Assembly (NCBI GenBank): GCA_013416795.1
Contig: RQSC01000004.1
Location: forward strand, 407,331 to 432,650
Direction: 5' to 3'
DNA: 25,320 nucleotides
Source: Prasinococcaceae sp. CCMP 1430
Lineage: Eukaryota > Plantae > Prasinodermophyta
The position numbers were made by a program, and so were the translations under genes. Below, in pieces: positions 1 through 11,484 of the stretch; the stretch's first letter is position 1, and each line of letters opens with the position of its first letter. The notes under the pieces were generated by a model. The model made no database searches, had not been told where the DNA came from, and saw nothing but the letters and a program-made list of their open reading frames with translations.

Positions 1-331
1 CGCCAGCGCGCGCGCGCGCGCGGGGCGCTGGCGCGGCGGCGCGCGGCGACGGGTTTTCGCCATTCCACACACACAAAAAAGGGGCCCGCGCGCGCGCGCG
101 CACGTGCGCGGGAGAGGTCGCACCGCGCGAGCGATTGCGCGCGCGAGGGGGGCTCGGGCGCCCCGCCGCCGCGCGGGGGGGACGCATAGATGCAATCGAT
201 CCTCCCCGCTGACGCTCGGCCCGCCCACCCCGCGTCCGGGTCGCTCCGCGCTCGCGCGCGCGCGCGCGCATTGCCGCTCCCGCGCGCGCGTCCGGTTTTC
301 CCACCATCCCCCCGATTTTTGTTGCGCGCAG

Positions 332-2429
332 GTCGACGCGGCGGCGCTTCGCGGGGACGGCGGCGCGGGCCTGCTGCTCGGCCAGGGGGACGCAGAGGGC
401 TACGAGGGCCACTCGGCCGGCTTCGCCGCCACCTCCGGGCGGCGTTCTGCGCAGGCGGGGAAGACGCGGGGCTCGTACCGATGCTCCAAGTGCGGCATGC
501 CGAAGAAGGGCCACGTGGTACGTCGCGCAGCGCCGCGCTGCGATTCGGCGGGAAGAGAGCGCGCGCCGAACGCGCGCGGCCCCGCCAGCGGGCCGCCGGC
601 GGAGCGATGCGAGCATGGTGGCAACATCGCCGCTGGCACGAGCGCTGTGCTGACCCGCTCGCCCGCGATGATCAACCCCCGCTCCGCCACCACCACCACC
701 TCCCCCCATCCCCCGTTCCTCTCTTCCCTGTGCGCAGTGCCCATTCAAGGACAAGCCGGTGCGCTCGAGGTCGGGGGGTGCTCGTCCCGCGTCGACGCGG
801 GCGTTCCCCGGAGGGGGCAAGGCAGAGGGGGGGTTGGCGGGCGAAAAGCCACCGCCGCGCCGGCAGTCGGGTACGCGCCGCCCACCCGTGCGCCGCCCGC
901 TCATCCCACCGACGCCGCAGAACAATGAGCTGCAGGCGCCGAAGCCGTCGTCGGTGATGGAGACGCTGGCGCAGCAGAGCAAGGTCGCACAGGCCAAGAT
1001 TCGGGCGAGCGCACCGGTGCACGAAAGGGCCCGCCCCGAGGCCTCTCACCAGCAGCACCGTTCAGTGCTCGACCAGTGCATGATGCGCATCCTGTCCAAC
1101 CTGCCGCCCGAGGACCTGATGCAGGCCAGCCAGTGCTGCAGCCGCTGGAACAAGCTGAGCTCGCACGTGTGGGCCCGCGTCGAGTGCACCGACTTGGTGG
1201 TCGACACGACCCGCGGCGAGGGGTGGGTGCGCTTCGTGCTCAAGCGATGCCCGGCGATCCGGCGCGTGCGCGTGCACGTGGAGGAGGGCGCCACGGCGAG
1301 CGATGAGGTCCTCGACGCCATCGCAGGATGCTCGCGCCTGCGGGACGTGTGCATCACGGTGTCGCCGGCGGCGCGCGAGGTGTCGTTCTCGTCGAGCGGG
1401 CTTGCGCGGATGGTGTCGTCGTGCCCGGAGCTGCGCCGCGTGGCGCTGCAGGGCTGCAGCGCGCTCAAGGAGCTGCGATTCCAGAGCAAATCGCTCGAAT
1501 CGCTCGCCGTGGCGCACGCCGAGGCGCTGCGCTCGGTCGAGCTGCGCTGCCCGCAGCTGCAGGAGCTCTCGGTGCACGCGGCGCCGCTCGTGCCGGCCGC
1601 AGGCTCCGCGATGCTGCGCGAGCACGAGCACGCAATCGCGCGCCAGATCGCCGAGTGCTGCCCCTCCCTTGCGCGCTTGCATCTCGCGGTGCCTGGCATG
1701 ACCGACAGCGGCGTGTCGGCGCTGCTCAGTAGCACACCGCAGGGGCTTACCTCGCTGTGCATCACCGGAGCGCCCGCCATCACGGACGACGCAGTCGCTA
1801 AGATCACCGAGCGCTGCCCAGCGCTGCAGTTGGTGGATCTCAGCGGCTGCGCGGGCGTCACGGACGCGTCGCTCAAGGCACTGGCCAAGGCGTACGGCCG
1901 CATGCTCACACACCTCCTCATGGCGAGCTGCCCGCACATCACCTGCGCGGGTGTGAACGACGCGGTGGCGCAGATGCCACGACTGCAGCTGCTCGACATC
2001 GGCATGTCCATCCGCCAAGAGCAGCAGCAAGACGGCGCTCAGGAGCAGACCACGCCTCGTCGCGTGGCGCTCAAGCGCAAGGCCTCCGCCCCCGCCGCCA
2101 ACGGTGGCACCAAGCGCACGCGGCGCTCGCTCGCCTCCGCCGGACTGGCCAGCGATGCAGCGGACGCCGAGGGCGTGCTCGTGTTGCGTCTGACGCGTCT
2201 GCAGCGCGTGTCGTTGTGGGGCTGCGACGGGCTCCGCGGGCTGCACATCGAGGGGCCGAGCCTGATCGACCTGAACCTCAACCAGTGTGCGCAGCTCGAG
2301 GGGAGCGCCATGTCGCTCGATTGCCCTGGCCTCACGGCGCTCAGCGCGGCCGAATGCCCGCCGAGCGCCGTCGATGCGCTCTCCGAGCATTGTCGCCTTC
2401 TCCCGGTCACCGCCATGCTCTACAGGTGA
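332..2429 (+). CDS. FBL17: FBL17-like F-box/LRR protein with N-terminal zinc knuckle; exons 332-517 and 738-2429 (5' end unresolved; possible extra 3' exon 2643-2754)
   Basis: Splicing 517^738 restores RGSYRCSKCGMPKKGHV|C, matching the RGSYxCxxCGxPKKGHVC motif I recall from plant FBL17. It is followed by an F-box (MMRILSNLPPEDLMQASQCCSRW), cysteine-containing LRRs and a basic NLS-like stretch (KRK...KRTRR). There is an acceptor cag at 329-331 but no in-phase upstream ATG exon in the window. Confidence 0.8.
518..737 (+). other. Spliceosomal intron in FBL17 (220 nt, phase 0)
   Basis: GTACGT donor, GTGCTGAC branch motif at 647-654, pyrimidine tract and gcgCAG acceptor. Removal joins two ORF frames and completes the zinc knuckle. 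Confidence 0.85.
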
Positions 2430-2642
2430 GCTGCTGCGGCAGACATCGCTGCAGTGGGGGAGACGAGGGCGATGCGCTTGCGGAGGGCGTCGGAGGGGGT
2501 GTGGCTTTCGGGGCGGCGGGTGGAAGGAGGGGTGGGATGTGGGATGGAGGGCGGGTGGAGGGGGCCGGGGGGGAGGAAGTGGGTGGGGGGGGGTGGGGGG
2601 GGAGCAGCAGGCTGCAGGCAGGAGCAGCGGCTCACTTTTCAG
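2426..2642 (+). other. Probable intron overlapping the apparent FBL17 stop codon (217 nt)
   Basis: AG|GTGAGC donor at 2426, GGCTCAC branch-like motif and TTTTCAG acceptor at 2642. The spliced frame stays open to TGA at 2752-2754. Confidence 0.5.
2456..2602 (+). repeat. G-rich low-complexity tract with many G3+ runs (G-quadruplex potential)
   Basis: Repeated GGG to G9 runs with short spacers, read directly from the sequence. Confidence 0.7.
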
Positions 2643-3311
2643 CTCTTCGCCTAAGGCGATGCAGACTGAGTACATAATTTGGACGTCTTGGGCGGGCGTG
2701 GGTGCCGGCAGGGGCCGTGCACACGCGCAGGAGCACGCACACGTGCTCCGATGAACCAAGTCAAGGCCGACCCACAAGGGCCGGAAGACGCAATGCACAC
2801 CACAACAAACGCTAAACGCAACAGAACTCGCGCCACGATGCGCCGCCCGACACGGCTGTCGGAGGCGTCGCACGGCACGACACGCCCGACTGGTCCCGAG
2901 CCGGGCATCGGCATGAGCCGACAAAATATCGCCGACACACACGACACGCGCTCGCTCGCGTCGCCTGCGTCCGCACGCAGGTGGCGCGGAGCGTCAGCAG
3001 TGCCCTTCGACACGATCCCGCGCGCAGCCGAGCACGCTCGCTGACGCACCATTTTAAAAGTCGGAGGGTACATGGCACCTGCTTCGTAGCGCGTGAGCCT
3101 CTAGCGAACATGCGGCGCGACCCAACAGCCTGTGGCTGCAGCGGCAGCGGGGGTGGCGCCAGCTCAGCCTTGCACGCGCGCGGCCACCTCCGCCTACATC
3201 TGCATGCGCCGAATCTGCGTAACAGCGGTTCGGCGATGCGCGCGTCCGGAAAAGCGGAAAAAGCCGCCCCGCACAGCAAGCACGGGCGCCAGAGCGCGCG
3301 CGCGGGGGGCT

Positions 3312-3334
3312 CCCCCCCCCCCCCCCCCCCCCCC
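3312..3334. repeat. C23 homopolymer within a pyrimidine tract
   Basis: Direct count. Confidence 0.9.
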
Positions 3335-3933
3335 TCCTTTCCCCCTCCCGCCTTCCCCCTTCGCTGCTCTCCGGCCTGGGGGGAGGAGTGGTGGCAGGGT
3401 GGTGCGGGCAGGTCGTTGGCACGCGGGGATGGGCGCGTCGGCGCGCGCGGAGCGCGCCGCGGCCGCGCGCTCATGAAGGGGGAATCCCTTCCTATCTCTA
3501 TTTCTGGAAAAGAGCTATCCGATGATTGGAGGGGGAAGCCTGAGCTACTATCGGTGCTTTCCCTTTTCTGAGGTTTCTCACCCCCACTAGGTCCACCTTG
3601 ACCCCTTTCCTCGGTCTCAGTACTTTCTCGGGGAATGGGTTTCTCAACCCCGCTAGTCTCACCTGGGCTCTCCTCAACAGCATCCAAAGATATGATATCC
3701 TGGTTATGAGTAGGATTAGAAGGGAATCGCCACCATCGAGGAATTATGTTGACCTTTGGCAATGGCCGCGAAGGCGGTCTTTATGGCTTGCGGGACTTTA
3801 TGGAGATGAAGGCGATCAGCGGGATTCCTGCCTGATCGCCCGCACTCGCAGCCATGGTGACGCGGGTCTGTAACCCGGTCAGTGCCGTCGCCGAAATTGG
3901 GCAGGGGCGCGCCATGCGCGCGGGGATGTGCCA

Positions 3934-6900
3934 ATGATGTTGGGCCTTACCATCATTCTCCTGTTCGTGGCGGGCTATACGACGCAACGCGCCAGCGTGT
4001 GCGCAGTGGCGGCAGCAGAAGAGATTGCCCGTGACCACCGGGCGAACCGGCTGCTGGGTGCGCTGCTCAGCGCAGCTGTCTCCACCGTCGTGCTGGCCGT
4101 CGTCGCCGTGCTGCTCGCCTGGCTCAGCGCAGCCGAACTGCGGTGCATTGAGGGGGGCGTGGGGGCAGCAGCGGAGCAGGCGCAAGAGGCCGAGCCGGAG
4201 CCCGCCGAGGCCGCGCGTGCGCTCGAGGCGCGCGCGCGCGTGCGGCTGCTCGCAGAGCGCGTGTGCCGAGAGGTGAGAGCTGTGGACGTGAGTGAGCTGC
4301 AGCATTGGGCTGAGGGCGCCGTCCTCGCCACCATCGGCGGCGGCTTTGTCAGCTGCGGCGACGCGCCGGCCGCCGCGCTCGCCGCGGCTGCATGCGAAGC
4401 GCCATCGGCGCTACGTGCGCTCGCGCTCGCGCTGCGCGCGGACGCGCCAGCAGCCGCAGCGGCGATCGATGATGCGCAGGCCGCGGCCATCGAGCGTTGC
4501 GCTCCCATTGAGGGCGCCCTCGCCGCTGCCGAGCGCCTCGCGATGCTCGGCGGCTCGCTGTCGGAGGAGCAATGGCTCGGTGCACTACGCGCTGTGCTGC
4601 TCGAAAAAAGCGAGGCAGGCAGCGCGCCTGGGCTTTCCGAGGACGAGTCTGTCGCCCGCGCGGCGATACGCTCGGTCGCGGCGTGTGGCAGCGAGCGCGG
4701 AATGCGATGCTTGGAGGTCGTCATGGCAGAGGCAACGGCGCAGGTCTCGCGCGGCACGGGCTCGCCGGCGCTGGTGCGCTCAACCTCTCGAACGCGCCGC
4801 GTGGAGCGCAACGTATTCTCAGCGCTCGAGTCCGGCATGCCCTACGCCGAAGCCCAGGTCCGCGATGCCATTCGAGCGTTAGCAGACCGTGGTTACGACG
4901 GTACCGAAGGCCTTCCCGCCTCGCTGGTGCTGTTGGCAGCAGTGGTGGCCTGGGACGAGCGCCGGGGGGACGTTGACGCGCAAGTGCGCGCGTCCGACTC
5001 GGCCGCGCGCGTCCTCTCGGGTGGCGCGGGTCGCACTGGCAGCGCCGCGGTGGCGTCATCTCGTGCTCTGGAGGGCGCATGTGAGCAACTGGCACACCGC
5101 GTGCTTGCTGCGCGCTTCCTCTGCGAGCACGCGGAGCGCAATCCCTCCTCGATGCCGCTCGACATGAAGGGCGCGCTGCATGTGCTCGAGTCGGCGTCGG
5201 TGCTCGCGGCGGCGTGCGAGCTCGCCCCGCACGCGCCCCGCGCCGACCTGCTGCGCCTCGTCTCTGCAACGCCGCTCGGCGCGCTAGCACGCGGTGATCG
5301 GCCCGCGGCAGACGCCGCGCTCGTGTGCTCCTCCGCGGCGCTCGCCGCCGCCGCGCGTCTCTCCGCTGGCATGCGGGCGTCACGAGCTCTCACCACCGGC
5401 AACGCGCAGGCTCTCACACTCGAGATAGAGCGGAGCCTCGGAGCGCTACGCGTGCCAGCCATGCGCACGTGGGTTCTCAAACTCGTCTGCGTCATCGTGC
5501 TCATGGAAGCCGAGGACAAGGCCGACATCGACGTCAACGCCGAGTCCAGGACTGGGACTAGCGTCGGCCCGGCTCCCGACGCCCTCGCCGTCCTTCGACA
5601 GCTCTTCGCCATGCTCAACGCGCAATTACAGACCCTGCCGGGCGGTGCGGGACGTGCGAGTGCGAAAGCGGGCGCAGATGATACTGGCGGTCATGGCGGC
5701 CTTGACGCTATTTTACAGGGCAAGGGCATGGAGGGCTTGGAAGAGCGCGCCCAGCCCCGCTCTGCGGGCGATCGCGCGGCTGGGGCAGATGCAGGGGATT
5801 CGGACAAGGACGCCGGCAGCGTGCTTTTTTTCTCATCCGAATGGGAGGCCGCGAGTGCTGCTCGGCGCGTGGAGCTGGCGGACAAATTTGAGGATGTGGC
5901 GTGGCGCATCCAGTTGATGGGCGAGCTTCCTGCGCCCATCAGTAACGAAGGCCACACGCGCGTGCAGAGAAGCGATGCGAGCCAGGAGTGGGATTGGCGT
6001 GGTGCGGTGGCGATGCTACGCGCCTCTCCCGGTGATCTCGTTGGACTGTGCACGCGCCATGGGCGCTACGATCTGGCCAACGAGGTCGCCCGCCACTGCA
6101 ACCTACCCGAGGCGGACCGCTCCGCACTGCAGCTCAAGCGCTGGGTCGACGGCGTGACCTCAGCTGCCGCGGTCGGGAATTCCGAGGGCATGGTTTGGGG
6201 TGACGGCGAAGGTGCCGCCCCGCTCGACATCGCTGGCGCGGGTGTGGCGGTATCTGATACGCACGCCGCCGCCCTCTGCCTTGACCTCGCCGCAGCCATC
6301 TCCTCTGACGGCGATCTGTGCGTGCGTCTGCTGCAGCAGGCGCACACGCTGCTCGAGGCTGGCGCGGGCGCGTCCGCAGCGCCGGTCGTGGACGCAGTGT
6401 GTGCGGACGGTGGCAGCATCGGAACGGCGCTCAGTGGCGATTGGCTGCCGCGCGCGTTGGTGTACCTCTTCGCCGCCGCAAATGCAGGCGGCGACGGCGG
6501 CGCGCCTCTGCGTGCGTCGATCACAAACGTTGACGCGATCGCTGCGGGTGGGTGGCCGGCGGAATTCGAGTCGCATGCACGCATTGCATCGGTAGCGGCG
6601 TTCGGCAAGGCTACGCAGCGCCTGCGCGAGGCCGTGGGCGCCGCGCGCGACGGGCAGAAGCAATTCCTCAGCGGCATCCTTCACAATCTTGCGCGCGCGC
6701 TTGGAGAGTGCCGAGGCGTGGATGCAGCTGCCGCGCTGAGTGTTGCCCTGCGCCAGGCTGATGCGTCCATGCCGCCGCGCGGAACCGGGCACGTGTCTCC
6801 TTCCACAGCATCGGACGCGTCCATGCCAGATGGCGCGCCGGCCGTGCCCATGCCAATATCAGCGTCGGGCTCGAGCGCAGGCCTGCCTCCCGAGCCTATC

Positions 6901-9900
6901 TCCGTGAAAGGCGCCATCTCCGGCCCGTCGCCTGACAGCGCTACGCAGCCCTCACTCGCCGGGAGTGTGGTGGCGGGCACAGCGGAGCAGTCCCCTCAAG
7001 GCGTTGGCAGCTACTTACTCGAATTCGCGCAGTATGTGGCCGATGTGGGCTCAATCATGGGCGGCGAGGACGCGAGCGATGCGTTCGACCACTTCGCTGT
7101 ACTAGCGCGACCGCCTCGCGATATCATCGCGCGCCTCATCTTTGAGGGCAAGAGCGCCGACGCGGCGAGCGCGGCTGCAGCGGCCGCTCGGCGCATGCGC
7201 GCGGACATCGTCGAAGAGGTGCTTGCGACGTGCGTGGCGCCGGTCCTGCCTCCGGGCGAAGCGCGTTCACGAGTGCGGGGCGATGCCGCAGAGGAGAAAG
7301 AGCTGCGCCGCGGCCTCAAGATAGAGGTACTACGCCACCTCGCTGAGTCGTCGCCAGTGCGCGCAGTCCTCGCGTGCGTCTTCGGCATCTTGCAAGCACG
7401 CGCAAAGGACCCTGCATCCGCTGGCGGCCTCGGTGGCGTGGGTGCCGCGGACGACGATGACGACCGGAGTGGAACAGTGGGCGTGGATGAGCAGGAGCTT
7501 ATGGCATTCGCGCTCGAGACGGCCGAACCCTTCCCCAGCCTGCACAGGTGGGTGGCACAACAGCAGCAAGCCGCTGCTGCCTCTGGGGGCACGCCGACAC
7601 CGCCGGCGGAGGCAACCGAAGCAAGCCCGGCCGCCTCCGTGTTTGCATCGACGGCGCACTGGGCAGAGTGGGAGCCTATCGAGTCGCACGCTGCAGCTGT
7701 GGCGTCACTCGCTCGCAGCGGCCGGGTGCGGCAGGCCCTCGCCCTTGCAGACAAATGGCTCCCGACTGGGCCGAGCGACGACTTGCTGGAAGCGTGTGCA
7801 CGTGAGGCCGACCCGCTCCCTGGCGATCGAGCGGGTGCGGGCGCTGAGGAGAGCACGGACAACGCACGCACTGCGAGTGTGCCGGCGATCCCGGGGTCAG
7901 CAGGCGCCAGCAGCGAAGAAGCCTCCACCGCTGTCATGCGTATCGCCTGTGCTCGCCGAGCGGCTTGCATCGCCCTGGAGTGCTGCCGTGCCTGGGGCGC
8001 GCATCACGCGTGCAATGCACTGGAAAGCATCGCCGCGCGCATCGACAACGGCGATGATGACGCCGGAGGCACCAATCAGACGCGCGCGCGCGAGCTACGC
8101 GCTCGCGCTCGTGCCATCCGCTTGTCAGCGAAGCTCTCTTCGTCATTGAATGTTGGCAGCTGGCAGCGCGCAGAGGATGCGCTCTCGCAGGACGCGGGTC
8201 GCGTCCTCGCCGCGCTCACCACCGCAGGTGACTTTGCTCTCGCAGCTGAAGTCGAGGCCGAGTGCTCGTCTTCGAGGCACATGGCTGGAGTACCCCTCGC
8301 GCCGAAAGAGGCGCGCGTGAGCGTGCGAGCGGCACATGTGGCCGACCTCGTGGCTCGGCACGGCTCCGGGGCAGGCACGGTCGCGGCACTCAAGTATCTG
8401 GCTTCGCTCGGCGCGGACGCCGCGGACGCTGCTTTCGAGGCGATGCGCTGCGTGCCCCTGCGCACCAAGCGCTCTCTGACGTCGTTTCTGTCGAGCCGTG
8501 GTGCGAGTGGCAAGCTGCCCTTGTCCGACGAGCAACGTTTGCGCCTTGAGCGCGCGGTGCTAGGTGTCGATATACTCGCGACGCTCCCGTCGCCGTGGGA
8601 CGACCGCTGCGGCAGCCTGCACGAGCACCCGCCGCTTGTGCTCGAAACACTGCTCATGCACCAGCAGCTGGGAGTCGCCTCGACGCTGCGCGCGTCCTTC
8701 CCTCGTGCAGTGTCGGACACACTGATCGCGACCTATGCCGGCAAGGCGCTGGCGACGGATCTGCACCTCGCGCGCGCGTCCGCACCCTCGACGCCAAGCT
8801 CTGCGGCGCGCGGCGCGACGAGATCACGCTCCGCAGCACATCCGAGCAGCAACGCCTCAGGCCCGATGGACGACACGACCACGGGGCCGGGCGCGCAGGG
8901 AGGGTCGGTGTCCCCGTCGCTGTCGACGGCCGCCGCGGGCGCGAGCGGAGGTGTCCTGTGCCTGACGGGCGAGCCTGAGATGGACGCCGCACGCCGCGCT
9001 GCGCATTTGTACCCGGCGGCACCCTCGGCAGTGCTCTTTGTCGCCCTGATTGAGCTCGTGGAAGGCGTGAGCAACCGCATCACTGTGGGCCTGCCAATTG
9101 TGAGGGACAGAGCATCGAAGCTGCGCGCGCCGGAGGCAAACGACGCTGTGCACCTCGCCGCGTCCGCCACATTGGTGGGCGAACTAGCCAGGGCCGCCGA
9201 GCATCTCGCGGCTCTTGCGAAGGGTGCGGTGCACAGCGACGCGGACCAAGCGCGTGAGCTCAGCGAGGCGCTGGGACTCTCTCACAAAGCTCTCCTCGAG
9301 GGCTTCGCCATAGCGCCAAGCGAGCTCCTTTCTGTGGAACCTGAGGCTACAGCCGCGCTCGCACTGCGCCTCGCGCGCGACGAGCGCTGGTCGCTCGCGC
9401 TGCGCGTGTGTGAGCTCGCGCGCCTGCCACGCGCCGACGTGCTGCTCGCCCGCGCGGATGCCATGGCCGCCGCCGGCAATTTCTTCGAGGCCGCGGACGC
9501 TTTCCGCGCTGCGGTCGAGGGCGAGATTGGGGGCAATGGGCGGAGTGCTGCAGAGATATCCGCGGCGGCCACGCGCCTCGCCGCGCGCGTCGAGGTGCTA
9601 CCATCGCCACTCGAGGCCGCCAGCGCAGAGGATGGACAACGCGAGTCGCTGCGTGCAGAACGCGTGGACTTTGCGCGCGAGCTGCTTGCGGAATGGGCGC
9701 CGGGCGGACTCGCAGCCATGCTCTGCCGTCAGGGCCACGCGCCTGAGGCATGTGGCATGGTGCTCTCCCAGCTCGGCGCGCTCAACGCGCCACCGGCTTC
9801 GCCCTACGCCCCGCTCTCTGAGCTGATCGAGCTGTGCGTAGTCTTCGAGCAGGTGACCGCGCTCATGCACGCGCTCGAGGAACCACGACACGCGCGCGTG

Positions 9901-11155
9901 TCGCGCTGGGCGACACTCGAGTGCTGCGGCGAGATGGCGCGAGCGCCGCGTGTGGGCTTTATGTTCAACCTGCTGCGTATGCTTGGAGCGGCCGTCCCCG
10001 CAGGCGTGGCCGCCCTCATGCTTGCGGGTGCGCAGGAGGGCGCGCCGCGCGCGCTCGACCTCTGCAAGGTCGCACAGAGCCTCTTCGAGCAGGTGCTCCA
10101 AGCCAGCTGCAAGCCGATGGCAGCGTTCGGCGCTCTTGCGCCCTTGCCAGCTTCCCAGTCAGTGACAGCGACCAGCGCGAGCAGCGGCGATACTGAGTGG
10201 GCCAGTGCCTCCGAGCTTGCTGCGGCCTCGTCGCGCTGCGCGGACGCCGTGGCGCGCGTGGTGGACCCCGCTGCACGGGAGGCTGCTGGCCTCAAGTGCG
10301 CCCTCTCGCCCGCTGAGCTGCGCGGTGCGCACCTGGTGCGCCTCGGCGGCGTGGCGTCTCTCCAGGCGGCAGTCGTCGTCGAACTGCAGAGAAGCATCAG
10401 CGCGGGCTCCAGCGCGATCTCGGGATCTGGCGCCGGGACGTCGGCAGACGACGCGCGCGCGCGGCCGGCGTCCGACTGGGGCCTCGTGGCGCGTGATCAG
10501 GAAGACGTACGAGTTTGCGCGCGTCCATGCTAGAGAGTGCTTTCGCGCCATCACCGCGCTGTGCTCTTGCTTGCGCGCTCTGCGCCGTGTGCTCACCCGC
10601 AAGCGCCCCACCTCGTCCGACGCCCTCACACGCGCGCAGGTGCGCGAGAAGCGCGTGCACGCACGGCGGGCAGCGGCGGCCGAGGCCCTGCTCGTCGCTG
10701 GTGGACCCGACGCGTCGAGCCTCGCGTTGCGTGTCACAACCGAGTTTCGCCTGGGAGCGAGCACCATCTATGCGGCGGCTGCCGCGCGCCTGGCGGCCGA
10801 AGGGCGGCGCACTGAGCTGCAGGAGCTCCTGCGCGACTCGCGCGCCAGCCTCGCATCGCAGGAGGACCGCGACATCATGCTGCGTGCGGCGGCCGCAGCG
10901 GCCGCCACGCGCGGTGGATGGGGCGCAAGCCAACAGGCTGAGAAGCTCGCGGCGATGGTGCAGGATCCGCGCACGCGCGTGCTCGCGTACGTGGGGGCGC
11001 ACAGACTGCGTGCCGCACTCGGCGCGGCCAAGGCGCTTGGCGAGGCTGGTGAGGTCGCCATCGTGCGCGCGGCCGCCGCGGCGGCCTTGCCGCCCGAGAA
11101 GAGCATCATCGACGCCTGCGACAGGTGGGAGGCGCAGCAGCGCGACAAGTCGTAG
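3934..11155 (+). CDS. ZFYVE26: Spastizin / SPG15 (AP-5 accessory protein), plant type; join(3934..10506,10640..11155), about 2362 aa
   Basis: Blocks matching plant SPG15 as I recall it: QFLSGILHNLARAL, LPSPWDDRCGSLHEHPPLVLETLLM, LTGEPEMDAARRAAHLYPAAPSAVLF, and a C-terminal block (EFRLGASTIYAAAAARLA...RVLAYVGAHRLRAA...IIDACDRW) in the next frame, joined by a GT-AG intron. The start codon is approximate and further in-frame introns cannot be excluded. Confidence 0.85.
10507..10639 (+). other. Spliceosomal intron in SPG15 (133 nt, phase 0)
   Basis: GTACGA donor, GTGCTCAC at 10589-10596 and gcgcgCAG acceptor. Removal fuses ORF 3928-10533 to the conserved C-terminus in ORF 10205-11155. Confidence 0.8.
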
Positions 11156-11484
11156 CGCAAGTATCACGTACGCGCGTACACGGCCGTTGGAAGTCTCTCT
11201 CTAGGACGCACAAGTGCCCACTCGTCCCATCGCGCGCGTGCTTTTCGTGGCGGGCGGGCGTAGGGAGGGCGGGGGTCGGCACGCACAGGGCTATGAAATC
11301 TCGTCCTTTTATGCTCTTCTACGAATACAACGTAGTACATTGCGCGGTGCGGCGCGCAGACACCCTCACAGAGCGAAGGAGCGACCGCGCTGGCCTCGGC
11401 CACCACGCCTCGCCCCTCCGCATGTCCGTGCCGGGAAGGCGCGAGTGGGGCCAATGTCAAGCTTCTTCCCCTGGGGGCGTCTGC

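Noticed and set aside
50-62. E2F site upstream of FBL17 (GGGTTTTCGCCA)
   Set aside because: It does not fit the WTTSSCSS consensus, and the true TSS is unknown.
190-331. ATG 190 as the FBL17 start
   Set aside because: No GT donor in phase with the acceptor at 331. GCTGAC at 208-213 suggests this stretch is intronic.
3473-3860. Helitron or TIR transposon call for the low-GC island
   Set aside because: No CTRR end next to the hairpins, no terminal inverted repeats and no target-site duplication could be identified.
3928-4140. Signal peptide/transmembrane-looking N-terminus of the 2201-aa ORF
   Set aside because: LFVAGYTTQRASVCAV and LLAWLSAAEL resemble the soluble helical N-terminus of plant SPG15 as I recall it, so it is not treated as a secretion signal.
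11168-11179. 12-bp palindrome GTACGCGCGTAC after the SPG15 stop
   Set aside because: It is short and expected by chance in CG-alternating sequence.
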